From positions 1-24,530 of IMG/VR virus record IMGVR_UViG_3300020045_006068: a stretch of 24,530 nucleotides of DNA; one strand, written 5' to 3'. Below, in pieces: positions 7,604 to 15,464 of the stretch. This DNA comes from a virus. Taxonomy: Duplodnaviria > Caudoviricetes. How positions within the stretch are numbered: position 1 is the first letter of the stretch; each line of letters starts with the position of its first letter. The translations under genes were made by a program, and so were the position numbers. The notes under the pieces are model-generated. The model did not search any database. It had not been told where the DNA came from and worked only from the letters and a program-made list of their open reading frames with translations.

Positions 7604-7767
7604 TGTTTTATATTAAATTAGAAAAAACATTTTTTGTTTTGTACGACAGCGCCACTTTTACGGATATTCGCGCCATCTGGAAGGTACTCGAATCGAGCTT
7701 TACGCTATCATAAATCGGTATAGTATGATATTCTCTTTATAATCAATGCTTAAAAGCTTTTTTTACC

Positions 7768-8127
7768 ATGACAAATTTCACAGCCATTTTATTTGCAACA
7801 ATCGTGCGGGTGGTTGACGGTGACACGCTAATCGTTAACCTGCCCTGCGACATTGACATTTTATGCAGTGACGTGTCAGTGCGGATTGAGCATATCGACA
7901 CGCCGGAAATTCGCGGCAAATGCCCGGAAGAGAAAGCGCTGGCACTGCAAGCAAAAGAAGCCGTAAAGAAGATTTTGCCAGTTGGGACAACGATAACGAT
8001 TGCCTCCCCTAAGCGTGACAAATATTTTAGGATTCTGGCGGATGTGCCTAAGGTTTCATCGGCTTTAATCGGCTTAAATCTGGCTAGGCCGTACGAAGGA
8101 GATAAAAAATCCAATTGGTGCGGCTGA
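7768..8127 (+). CDS. thermonuclease (SNase) family protein
   Basis: VVDGDT, VRIEHIDTPE and DKYFRILADV motifs. Confidence 0.9.
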   Translation: MTNFTAILFATIVRVVDGDTLIVNLPCDIDILCSDVSVRIEHIDTPEIRGKCPEEKALALQAKEAVKKILPVGTTITIASPKRDKYFRILADVPKVSSALIGLNLARPYEGDKKSNWCG

Positions 8128-8137
8128 GGAATTTGAA

Positions 8138-8224
8138 TTGAAACGAAAAATCGAATGGCCAGAATTCAAGATGCCGCCAATTAATTTATGGTCGATGCCG
8201 AGACTTTACAGGGATTACAGATAA
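8138..8224 (+). CDS. small peptide (28 aa, MKRKIEWPEFKMPPINLWSMPRLYRDYR)
   Basis: TTG after GAGGA; TAATG coupling to the MTase ATG at 8224. Confidence 0.45.
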   Translation: MKRKIEWPEFKMPPINLWSMPRLYRDYR

Positions 8225-9438
8225 TGGAAATTGTATTAAAAAAAACGGATGAGCTTATCCCGTATGCAAATAATCCAAGAAAGAACGATCATGCAGTTGA
8301 TAAGATAGCCGCAGCAATTAGGCAGTTTGGGTTTAAGGTGCCAATTATCGCAAAATCAGATGGGACTGTCGTTGATGGTCATTTGAGATTAAAGGCTGCT
8401 AAAAAACTAAAATTAGAAACTGTGCCAGTATTATTAGCGGATGATTTAACGGATTTGCAAATAAAGGCCTTTAGGCTATCAATAAACAGAATGGCAGAGC
8501 TTGCCGACTGGGACAATGAACTACTTAAAATTGAGATTGATGAGCTTAAGGAGCTGGATTTTGATATTGGGTTGGCTGGGTTTGATGATGAATATATCGG
8601 CCTATTATTTCCAGATCCAGTTATATCCGGACTAACTGACCCTGATGATGTGCCAGATCCCCCTGTTGAGCCAGTTACAAATATGGGTGATGTATGGGTG
8701 ATGGGAAATCATCGGTTAATGTGTGGCGACAGTACAAGCAATGACGACATAGGCAAGTTGATGGGCGGCATAAATGCAGACATGTGGCTCACAGATCCGC
8801 CATACAATGTCGCGTATGAAGGAAAAACCAAGGATGCGCTAAAAATACAAAACGACTCAATGAGCGATGATGCATTTCGTGAATTTTTGCGGGATTGTTA
8901 TGTTGCAGCAGATTCAGTTATGAAGCCGGGAGCTGTGTTTTATATTTGGCACGCTGACTCAGAGGGTTATAATTTTAGAGGGGCGGCTAATGATGCAGGG
9001 TGGAAAGTGAGGCAGTGCCTTATCTGGAAAAAATCCGTTCTCGTTATGGGCAGGCAAGATTATCATTGGAAACACGAGCCGTGCCTTTATGGATGGAAAG
9101 ACGGATCGTCTCATTTGTGGGCATCCGACAGGAAACAAACAACAATTCTTGAGTTTGATAAGCCTGCAAGAAATGGCGAGCATCCAACAATGAAACCAGT
9201 TGAGTTGTTTGAATATCAAATGCTTAACAACACAAAAGGAAAAGACGTTGTGCTTGATAGCTTTGGAGGAAGCGGAACGACTATGATTGCATGCGAAAAA
9301 AATGGCAGGTTTGGACGGCTAATGGAAATTGACCCAAAATATTGTGACGTTATCATAAAAAGATGGCAAAACTTTACAGGTAAAGATGCAATTTTAGACT
9401 CAAATGGAAAGACTTTTGAAGAATTAAGCATTTCTTAA
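8224..9438 (+). CDS. ParB-N-domain DNA N6/N4 methyltransferase (beta class)
   Basis: ParB/Srx motifs PYANNPR, FGFKVP, VVDGHLRL; catalytic TDPPY precedes HPTMKP and DSFGGSGT; ATG 8224 preferred over 8188. Confidence 0.93.
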   Translation: MEIVLKKTDELIPYANNPRKNDHAVDKIAAAIRQFGFKVPIIAKSDGTVVDGHLRLKAAKKLKLETVPVLLADDLTDLQIKAFRLSINRMAELADWDNELLKIEIDELKELDFDIGLAGFDDEYIGLLFPDPVISGLTDPDDVPDPPVEPVTNMGDVWVMGNHRLMCGDSTSNDDIGKLMGGINADMWLTDPPYNVAYEGKTKDALKIQNDSMSDDAFREFLRDCYVAADSVMKPGAVFYIWHADSEGYNFRGAANDAGWKVRQCLIWKKSVLVMGRQDYHWKHEPCLYGWKDGSSHLWASDRKQTTILEFDKPARNGEHPTMKPVELFEYQMLNNTKGKDVVLDSFGGSGTTMIACEKNGRFGRLMEIDPKYCDVIIKRWQNFTGKDAILDSNGKTFEELSIS

Positions 9439-9511
9439 ATATGTAACATAAAACAAAAATAGAAATTAACCACCACAAACGCGCAAAAATCCGCACTAAC
9501 CTAACGATTTT

Positions 9512-9542
9512 AGTTGCAACTCTGATTTATAGAGTTGCAACT
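9512..9542. repeat. 12-bp inverted repeat made of two AGTTGCAACT palindromes (terminator or binding site)
   Basis: AGTTGCAACTCT-gatttat-AGAGTTGCAACT, just past the cassette's last stop codon; no good U-tract. Confidence 0.7.
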
Positions 9543-9545
9543 GAA

Positions 9546-9728
9546 TCATCCCAAATCGCCGATCTGTCTATCCAAAATAGCCAGATTCACAAACTCGCTT
9601 TTGTTCCTAACCCCCTTTAGCTTTTCGTGCGCCTCGGGGGAAATTCTGAAAGATACTGTGATTTTTTTGCCTAGCTCGGAATCAGGCTTTCGGCCTGCTC
9701 CACGTTCGTTGTGGGTTTTTGTTTCCAT
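9546..9728 (-). CDS. small DNA-binding protein, ribbon-helix-helix-like
   Basis: RGAGRKP arm, alternating strand ITVSFRIS, helix PEAHEKL, NKSEFVNLAI; ATG 9728 abuts the upstream stop. Confidence 0.7.
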   Translation of the reverse strand: METKTHNERGAGRKPDSELGKKITVSFRISPEAHEKLKGVRNKSEFVNLAILDRQIGDLG

Positions 9729-9729
9729 A

Positions 9730-10089
9730 TTATTTTTCACCGGCATTTTGTGCATTGACTATTTTGTCTATGTCGTGCTTTGCTGACTCTATCGACAAAA
9801 CCATATCTTTTGTGATGTAGACGGGTAGAAAGGTATTCAGGTCTCCCAGGTTGTTTTTGACTTTATCTGTCCAGGCTATGAATGTCTTACAATACCTTTT
9901 TTTAGTTAACTCCCTTTCTTTTTCATCCCAATCATTTAGGTGCGTTGGCGTTGGCGCTATGCAAAAGTTATATCCTTCGCAATTTTTCCCGCTTATGTCA
10001 CGGTGGTATATCTTCCATCCACGATACTTTTCTATCACAGCGGGGCGCGATGGTCTTGTGTGAATTGCTGGGTCATATATGGTGGTCAT
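9730..10089 (-). CDS. hypothetical protein (119 aa)
   Basis: ATG 10089 preceded by the GAGGATAAAGCC leader repeat. Confidence 0.7.
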   Translation of the reverse strand: MTTIYDPAIHTRPSRPAVIEKYRGWKIYHRDISGKNCEGYNFCIAPTPTHLNDWDEKERELTKKRYCKTFIAWTDKVKNNLGDLNTFLPVYITKDMVLSIESAKHDIDKIVNAQNAGEK

Positions 10090-10146
10090 GGCTTTATCCT
10101 CGGTTAGTTTAAATTTTAGGTTTGTCACCGCGTATGCGGATAGGGG
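10087..10146 (-). repeat. cassette leader repeat, copy 1
   Basis: Aligns with 10705-10761 with few mismatches; contains a CCGC-ATAC-GCGG hairpin and RBS. Confidence 0.85.
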
Positions 10147-10147
10147 T

Positions 10148-10345
10148 TTAAATTCTTTTTACGCTTTCAAGCTTGACCGTTTCAAACTTGCCAATGTTTT
10201 CATCGATTATTTCCTTTGCAACTTCTTTTGCTTCTTTTAGCGATTTGGCTTTAATTACGCAGCTTAATTCGCTTGAACAACGTGTTTCAGTTGCAGAATA
10301 AATGTTTATTTGAAATGCTTTCATTTCCTGATCCTCGATGGTCAC
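10148..10345 (-). CDS. hypothetical protein (65 aa)
   Basis: GTGA coupling to the upstream gene; IKAKSLKEAKEVA motif common in small phage proteins. Confidence 0.65.
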   Translation of the reverse strand: MTIEDQEMKAFQINIYSATETRCSSELSCVIKAKSLKEAKEVAKEIIDENIGKFETVKLESVKRI

Positions 10346-10707
10346 GCTTCCAATCCTGCTTTTTCTTCAATTGCATCAATAACATTGTTAATTTGATTGT
10401 AAAAATCATCCAAATCATTGTATACGCTGGCATCTTCAATTATTTCATTTGCCGCATTGTCACCACTAGCTATTCTAATCTCATAAAGCCGGTTTCCTGC
10501 TTTTTGCGCGGATGTAGTTAATTTTTCCCACCACTCGTAAGTGTATTTATCGCATACGTAGGCATCTAAATCATCATTCCATTCAAATTGCCCGTCGCTT
10601 GTTGCGCCAGTATTGCCAACAAAGTCAGAAATCCAGTCTAAGCCTGTTTTTGGGTCTATGATAGATAGCATTTTGGTTTCGTTTGTTTCTTTGATTATTA
10701 TTTTCAT
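10342..10707 (-). CDS. acidic hypothetical protein (121 aa), anti-defence candidate
   Basis: 25 D/E versus 10 K/R by manual count; strong RBS inside leader repeat copy 2. Confidence 0.75.
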   Translation of the reverse strand: MKIIIKETNETKMLSIIDPKTGLDWISDFVGNTGATSDGQFEWNDDLDAYVCDKYTYEWWEKLTTSAQKAGNRLYEIRIASGDNAANEIIEDASVYNDLDDFYNQINNVIDAIEEKAGLEA

Positions 10708-10761
10708 GGCTTTATCCTCTGTTATTTAATTTTAGGCTTGAAACCGCGTGTGCGGAGGGGG
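10705..10761 (-). repeat. cassette leader repeat, copy 2
   Basis: Near-duplicate of 10087-10146; CCGC-ACAC-GCGG hairpin plus GAGGATAAAGCCATG. Confidence 0.85.
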
Positions 10762-10765
10762 TGTT

Positions 10766-11044
10766 TCAATATCCGCGACACTCGTCATACTCATCTTCAA
10801 TAATTTTTTCTTTGATTGGCTCAATCCTAATGAAATTATCTTTTTCTGACATAGTTAACTTAAATTCTTTTTTGCCACCCTCCAATCTGCTTTCACCCAC
10901 AACCTCAAAGATTTTGCGGGCGGCTTGTCTGGCGGTCACTTTTTTTGATCCAAAAAGTGATTTGTAATTGTACAAAAAACAGCTCATCACTATCGCTCCA
11001 AAAGCGTTTTTTGCGACTATTTGGGTATCTCTTTTTACTTTCAT
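10766..11044 (-). CDS. hypothetical protein (92 aa), first gene of the cassette
   Basis: ATG 11044 after AACCGAGGATAA, a 12-mer shared with leader repeat copy 1. Confidence 0.7.
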   Translation of the reverse strand: MKVKRDTQIVAKNAFGAIVMSCFLYNYKSLFGSKKVTARQAARKIFEVVGESRLEGGKKEFKLTMSEKDNFIRIEPIKEKIIEDEYDECRGY

Positions 11045-11092
11045 TTTCTTATCCTCGGTTGGTTGGTTATGTTTCCTGCTTTGTTGGGATAA

Positions 11093-11120
11093 ATTATACA
11101 CGATTATTTAATTATGTCAA
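11093..11120 (-). promoter_or_regulatory. consensus sigma70 promoter of the inverted cassette
   Basis: TTGACA (11120-11115), 16-bp spacer, TATAAT (11098-11093). Confidence 0.85.
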
Positions 11121-11150
11121 TACGCAATTAATAAAATATTTACACAATTA
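11097..11150. promoter_or_regulatory. operator-like TACRCRATTA box array
   Basis: TACACGATTA 11097, inverted TAATTATGTC 11109, TACGCAATTA 11121, TACACAATTA 11141. Confidence 0.6.
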
Positions 11151-11296
11151 AGCAAAGCAAACATAAACCTTTGTTTTAAGTATAAAATCATTTTAGGCAT
11201 GGCAAAATATCCAAAAATCACCGCAATTACTGCAAAATTCAACCCCAGACACAACAAAACCCCGCATTTATAACGGTTTGGTTGTTTGTTTTTGCT

Positions 11297-11343
11297 TTGT
11301 TTATTATCAAAAACTTATGTACAATTAAACATTGTTTAATTGT
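11297..11343 (+). promoter_or_regulatory. putative terS promoter overlapped by a 23-bp palindrome
   Basis: TTGTTT-N17-TACAAT (11297-11325); ACAATTAAACA-T-TGTTTAATTGT (11321-11343). Confidence 0.5.
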
Positions 11344-11355
11344 CGTAACATAAAA

Positions 11356-11700
11356 ATGAAAAAACAAGGTCGTCCACCGCACAAACCCACCGAAGCCAAC
11401 AAAAAACTGGTGGAGCAACTATCAGGGCGTGGCTTGCCACACAAAATGATTGCAGTGCTAGTGGGGCTATCTGACGACAAGACACTAAGAAATCACTACA
11501 AAGAGCAACTAGAAACAGGAGAGGCCAAGGCATGTGCGCAGGTTGCGGGAAAGCTTTTCGAAAAATGTATGGCAGGCGATACGGCATCTATACTTTTTTG
11601 GCATAAGACGCGGATGGGTTTTAGGGAAAATAGCGAGCAGGTTGTAGACCAGAGCAATCATGAGCATACCCATGTCCACTTCACGCGCTCGAAAGATTGA
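11356..11700 (+). CDS. terS: terminase small subunit
   Basis: GRPPHKPT, HTH-like IAVLVGLSDDKTLRNHY, GDTASILFWHKTRMG; coupled to terL. Confidence 0.8.
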   Translation: MKKQGRPPHKPTEANKKLVEQLSGRGLPHKMIAVLVGLSDDKTLRNHYKEQLETGEAKACAQVAGKLFEKCMAGDTASILFWHKTRMGFRENSEQVVDQSNHEHTHVHFTRSKD

Positions 11701-12935
11701 TGGATTATGAATTGCTTGCGGCACAATATGATTTTGTGTTCAGCGAAGCAACCTATCCGGCGCTTGTTGGCGGGTTGGGGTCTGGTAAGTCAAGGGCTGG
11801 GACTCTAAGGCTTGCAACATTGTTGCTTGACGACAAAGGCGCAAATGGGGCGTATTACATGCCAACTTATGACCTAATCAACCTTCGGGCTATACCGGGC
11901 GTTGAAGAGGATTTAACGTTGATGAACATGCCATTTAAGACCAACAAAAGCAGCTATACGATCAACATTGAAAAGTACGGGAGCATTATTTTTAGGTCGT
12001 ATGACAACCCTAACCGGATCATTGCCTACGAAGTTGCGCACTCTATTTGTGATGAGTTAGACACGCTACACAAAGACAAGGCATCTTTAGTTTGGCGCAA
12101 GATAAGCGAGCGAAACCGGCAGAGGCGCAGCAAGCCGAACACGATCGGTATGGTTACAACTCCTGACCAAGGCGTTAATGGGTTTGTGTATGACAAGTGG
12201 GTAAAAAAACAACAATCTGGCTATGAGCTAATCAAGGCAAGCACGTACAAAAATAAGCACTTGCCGGATGGATATGTCCAGCAGATACTTGACAATTATG
12301 ACCCTATATTGGCTGACCTGTATCTTAATGGCGAGTTTGTAAGCCTTAACCAATCCAAAATTTACCATTTTTTTGACCGGAAAAAACACCATTCAAGCCG
12401 CTCAATAACGCCAAGCGACCATTTGCATATTGGGATAGACTTTAACGTTGGCGGATGCTGTGCGGTGGTTTTTGTGGTTGATAACAATTTGCCGATTGCG
12501 GTGGATGAGTTTGTGAGCCATGACACGCGCGATTTTTGCAACAACCTAACGCGCTACAAAGGACATGCGGTTTATGTTTACCCAGATGCAAGCGGTAGCG
12601 CAAATCGGACTAATGCAAGCGCAACTGATATACAAATAATCAGGCAGGCAGGGTGTCAAGTAAAAGTAAACTCGACAAACCCATTCGTGCGCGACCGAAT
12701 AAATGCTGTAAATGGGTTGTTATCCCATGAACGGTTTATGGTCAATACCGACAAATGCCCAAACCTTGTGAATGCACTTGAGACGCAGGGTTATGATGCA
12801 AAGGGAGACCCTGAAAAATGGAGCGCACACCCGGCAATTGACGATTGGTGTGATGCTGGAGGGTACTGTTTGGCCTATCTATATCCAGTGCAAAAACCAT
12901 CACTTGGCCTAACAAACTTAAACATGATGAGATAA
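11700..12935 (+). CDS. terL: terminase large subunit
   Basis: Walker A GGLGSGKS, Walker B ICDE, TTP coupling motif, nuclease motifs GIDFN, YPDASG and DAGGY. Confidence 0.95.
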   Translation: MDYELLAAQYDFVFSEATYPALVGGLGSGKSRAGTLRLATLLLDDKGANGAYYMPTYDLINLRAIPGVEEDLTLMNMPFKTNKSSYTINIEKYGSIIFRSYDNPNRIIAYEVAHSICDELDTLHKDKASLVWRKISERNRQRRSKPNTIGMVTTPDQGVNGFVYDKWVKKQQSGYELIKASTYKNKHLPDGYVQQILDNYDPILADLYLNGEFVSLNQSKIYHFFDRKKHHSSRSITPSDHLHIGIDFNVGGCCAVVFVVDNNLPIAVDEFVSHDTRDFCNNLTRYKGHAVYVYPDASGSANRTNASATDIQIIRQAGCQVKVNSTNPFVRDRINAVNGLLSHERFMVNTDKCPNLVNALETQGYDAKGDPEKWSAHPAIDDWCDAGGYCLAYLYPVQKPSLGLTNLNMMR

Positions 12936-12936
12936 C

Positions 12937-14355
12937 ATGACAATCGACACGCAACATGAAGAGTACAAAGGATATGCTAGCACATGGGAAAAGTGTGAGT
13001 CCATTTGCGAAGGTGATGGCTTTGAAAAATATATTGAAGAGATAAACCCGCACGACACGACGCGCGAAAACAAGGCTAGGAACAAGACATTCAAAAGCCG
13101 GGCTGTTTTTATGGCCATTGCAGGGCAGACGGCGCGCGGCATGAAGGCCGTTGCATTCAAGCGAGCTCCAGCAATTGAGCTTACGCCTTCAATCGAGTAC
13201 GCAAAAACCAACATAAGCGGCGAAGGTATTGGCTTGGCGCAGCACTCACAAGAGGCAGTGAGCAAGGTTGTCATAACAGGACGCGCCGGAATATTGACGG
13301 ATTACCCGCAATCTGATGGTATAGGTTTTTCGCAGGCAGACATAAACGCAGGCATCGCCCGCGCAACAGTGCGGCTTTTTTGTGCGGATGATATTATCAA
13401 TTGGGATTACAAAAAGGTTGGCGCAGATAGCAGATTATCTTTGGTGGTATTAAAAGACAGCATAAAAGCGCCAAGTGACAACCCATACTCTTCAGAGAAA
13501 AAAGACGCTTATCTTGAACTTTATCTCGATGAGTACAATTTTTATGCGGTGCGCATTTGGGCAAAATTAGGCGAATATGACAAAGATTACTCCATAATTT
13601 CAGAATGGCAACCGACCGACGGGGCGGGCAAAAAATGGGAATTTATCCCTTTTGATTTTATAGGCGCCGAATCCAACAGCAATGATATTGACATGCCTCC
13701 CATGCTTGACATTGTGCGCGTCAATATCGGCCACCTGAACAACTCAGCAATTTATGAGGACAGCGTTTACCAATGCGGACAACCTCAACCGTGGGCTAGC
13801 GGAATTGATTTTGAGGCGATAGAAACCGCGCAGGCGGCTGGGTTTTACTGGGGTTCTGGTCGGCTGTTTGCAGTGCCAAGTGGGGAATCAATAGGGATTG
13901 TGCAGGCGCAGCCAAACACAATGGCACGTCAGGCCATGATTGACAAGGTTGACATGGCAATGCAGCTTGGGGCGAGGATGATCCAGCCGGGCAGCGCAGT
14001 AAAGACGGCAACCCAAATCGACAGCGAGCGCGAAATATCCCACAGCGTGTTAAGCTTGATATGCGCAAACGTGAGCGAGGCGTACACCCGAGCATTGCGC
14101 AACATGGACAGGTATAACAGCATAGCGCCAAGCGACCCTGAAGCAATCAAGTTCGAGATAAACCAAGACTTCATGGCCTCAACGGTAACGGCGCAAGACC
14201 GGCAAGTAATGGCGGCAAACTTTTTGCAGGGGCTTATACCTTGGTCAGATTGGGTTCGGTTTGGCAAAGCGGCTGGGGATATTGACCCGGCCAAGACGGC
14301 GGATGAAGTGCTGGCGGAAATTGAGGCAGGGAAACAAATGGCTGGCGCGTTGTAA
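12937..14355 (+). CDS. portal protein (DUF4055-like)
   Basis: Follows terL; 472 aa; GRAGILTDYP, IINW, IPF, NIGH, LGARMI...KTATQ. Confidence 0.9.
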   Translation: MTIDTQHEEYKGYASTWEKCESICEGDGFEKYIEEINPHDTTRENKARNKTFKSRAVFMAIAGQTARGMKAVAFKRAPAIELTPSIEYAKTNISGEGIGLAQHSQEAVSKVVITGRAGILTDYPQSDGIGFSQADINAGIARATVRLFCADDIINWDYKKVGADSRLSLVVLKDSIKAPSDNPYSSEKKDAYLELYLDEYNFYAVRIWAKLGEYDKDYSIISEWQPTDGAGKKWEFIPFDFIGAESNSNDIDMPPMLDIVRVNIGHLNNSAIYEDSVYQCGQPQPWASGIDFEAIETAQAAGFYWGSGRLFAVPSGESIGIVQAQPNTMARQAMIDKVDMAMQLGARMIQPGSAVKTATQIDSEREISHSVLSLICANVSEAYTRALRNMDRYNSIAPSDPEAIKFEINQDFMASTVTAQDRQVMAANFLQGLIPWSDWVRFGKAAGDIDPAKTADEVLAEIEAGKQMAGAL

Positions 14356-15440
14356 TGCCACAAAAACAACTCAGCGAGATAGCATCGCGTCATGCAGGCC
14401 ACCTTGAAATGCTCAAGCAGGGCTATGTAGATGAGTATGACAAGTTTTTTGTCGAAATGGCAAAGGACATTAAGCTTAAATTATCAGATGTAAATCTTAC
14501 AGAGTTTACCATTAAGCGCCTAAATGCCTTGCTTGCCGACGTAACCACAAACATGGGCGAAAATACGCGCGCAATGTTTGAACAGTATCAGGGGCAATTG
14601 CAAGAGCTAGGCGAGTATGAGGCGCAATTCGAGGCAAGGAGCCTTGACAGCGTTGCAAAGGTTGGTTTTGTGATACCGGCATCGGTGCAGGTAAGGGCGG
14701 CGATTTTTAACACGCCATTGGTGGACATTGTAGGCGCAAACGGTGGGAAATTGCTTGAGTCATTTTTTACCGACTGGCAGGCGGGCGCAGTTGAAAATGT
14801 GCAAAATGCGATACGCAAGGGATTTTATGCTGGCGAAACAAGCAGCGAAATAATAGCTAACATATTGGGCAAGCGCGATAAAGGAATGGATCGTGGCGTG
14901 TTTTCGATCATGCGGCGCGAGATGGAAGCAGTAGTTAGAACTGGCCTACAACACGCAGCAAGCCAAGCAAGGGGCGCAACGTGGGAGGCAAACAAGAAGT
15001 ACTTGCACGGTTACAAAATTGTGGTGACTTTTGACAGGCGGACAAGCGACATTTGCAGGGCAATCGACACAAACAAGGTGCGCGAAATAGGGCATGATAT
15101 AATGCCGCCGTTTCATGTTCGTTGCCGTTCAGGAACATTGGCGGCAATCAACCCAAAATTCGCAGACTTAGAAAAAGGCGCAACCCGCGCAGCCAAAAAC
15201 ATGGAAACCGGCAAGACGGAATTTGTGGATGCAAAAGAAACTTATTACGAGATGCTTAAACGCCAATCGCCAGCCATGCAGGACAGCATAGTGGGGGCGA
15301 CTCGCGGAAAGCTTTTGCGTGATGGCGGGATTACCCCGCAAAGGTTCGCAGAATTGCAACTGGACAAAAACTTTAGGCCGATCACTTTAGAAGAGATGCG
15401 AAACCTTGAGCCTCTGGCTTTTGAGCGAGCAGGAATTTAA
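14355..15440 (+). CDS. minor head / head morphogenesis protein (SPP1 gp7, Mu F-like)
   Basis: VRT...TFDRRTSDICRAID...PPFHVRCRS. Confidence 0.9.
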   Translation: MPQKQLSEIASRHAGHLEMLKQGYVDEYDKFFVEMAKDIKLKLSDVNLTEFTIKRLNALLADVTTNMGENTRAMFEQYQGQLQELGEYEAQFEARSLDSVAKVGFVIPASVQVRAAIFNTPLVDIVGANGGKLLESFFTDWQAGAVENVQNAIRKGFYAGETSSEIIANILGKRDKGMDRGVFSIMRREMEAVVRTGLQHAASQARGATWEANKKYLHGYKIVVTFDRRTSDICRAIDTNKVREIGHDIMPPFHVRCRSGTLAAINPKFADLEKGATRAAKNMETGKTEFVDAKETYYEMLKRQSPAMQDSIVGATRGKLLRDGGITPQRFAELQLDKNFRPITLEEMRNLEPLAFERAGI

Positions 15441-15464
15441 CAACAACCGACAGGAGATTAAAAT

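Larger units (their letters stand above)
9443..11355 (-). other. inverted five-gene accessory cassette bounded by 11-bp direct repeats
   Basis: GTAACATAAAA at 9443-9453 and 11345-11355; five minus-strand ORFs with their own promoter inside a plus-strand region. Confidence 0.6.

Noticed and set aside
7639-7713. Short ORF remnant (…DSATFTDIRAIWKVLESSFTLS)
   Set aside because: No RBS, very short, no recognisable motif.
7768-9438. Restriction-modification pair
   Set aside because: SNase-family nucleases are non-specific and ParB-MTases are usually orphan phage enzymes.
10148-10345. Resemblance to AcrIF9 (I-x-A-x-S-L-x-x-A-K-x-x-A)
   Set aside because: The motif is short and common in small phage proteins; no further alignment.
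10087-10761. CRISPR or integron attC array
   Set aside because: Only two long copies separated by whole genes; no spacer periodicity, attC core sites or integrase.
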